Positions 57,673 through 57,889 of a stretch of DNA of 57,889 bases are shown here, in pieces. The position numbers and the translations under genes are program-made. The notes beneath the pieces were generated by a model. That model made no database searches, was not told the origin of the DNA, and saw nothing but the letters and a program-made list of their open reading frames with translations. Source of the DNA: Eubacteriales bacterium (lineage in GTDB: Bacteria; Bacillota; Clostridia; Oscillospirales; Butyricicoccaceae); assembly GCA_030533295.1 (NCBI GenBank), contig JAUNJI010000002.1, forward strand, positions 7,395 to 65,283. Direction: 5' to 3'. Within the stretch, counting starts at the first letter, position 1. Each line of letters starts with the position of its first letter.

Positions 57673-57889
57673 ATGGCAACTGTTTCATTGAGAGGGGTCA
57701 AAAAAGTCTACCCCAACACCGAGGGCAAGCGCAAAAAGCGCAAAAAAGGCGACCAGCCCGAGCAGACCTATCAGCTCAAGGTCACGGAAGAAGGCGTGCT
57801 GGCCGTACAGGATTTCAACTTGGAGATCGCAGACAAGGAATTCATCGTGCTGGTCGGCCCGTCGGGCTGCGGCAAATCGACCACGCTGC
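57673..57889 (+). CDS. Sugar ABC ATP-binding subunit (MsmX/MalK/UgpC-like), partial
   Basis: [14 protein letters not shown]...[29 protein letters not shown]; runs off the window. Confidence 0.92.
   Translation, partial: MATVSLRGVKKVYPNTEGKRKKRKKGDQPEQTYQLKVTEEGVLAVQDFNLEIADKEFIVLVGPSGCGKSTTL

Noticed and set aside
1-57889. CRISPR array, IS/transposase, reverse transcriptase or DGR
   Set aside because: I saw no regularly spaced direct repeats and no such protein motifs by eye.

Overview
GC-rich chromosomal window from a spore-forming Bacillota, probably gut Clostridia of the Oscillospiraceae/Butyricicoccaceae type (inferred from cotJABC, an SLH protein, sigma-A promoters and gene content). 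Most of it is housekeeping: lysS-greA, ftsEX-envC-like-S41 protease, a CdaR-like regulator, an EF-G paralogue, rlmB, ppdK, ftsK-uppP, cotJ, fabF, tRNA-Arg, a beta-glucuronidase plus GPH transporter, and a sugar/nucleoside ABC system. The standout is an ~8.2 kb podovirus-like morphogenesis operon (31748-39969) with small and large terminase, portal, scaffold, Ig-fused major capsid, adaptor, nozzle and an ejection-like protein. It has no integrase, replication, repressor, lysis or tail-fibre genes and has host-like composition. It is driven by a sigma-A promoter with a LexA/SOS box abutting the -35, which makes it a candidate DNA-damage-inducible gene transfer agent or domesticated virion. Its large terminase lacks a canonical start codon. 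Other points of interest: an apparently orphan Sau3AI-like (GATC) C5 methyltransferase with divergent vsr in a window strongly enriched in GATC, a degenerate P-type-ATPase-like protein, near-duplicate terminators bracketing the gus cassette at tRNA-Arg, a structured leader before a malK/msmX gene, and a frameshifted LysR gene. All family assignments are by eye from motifs; no searches were run.
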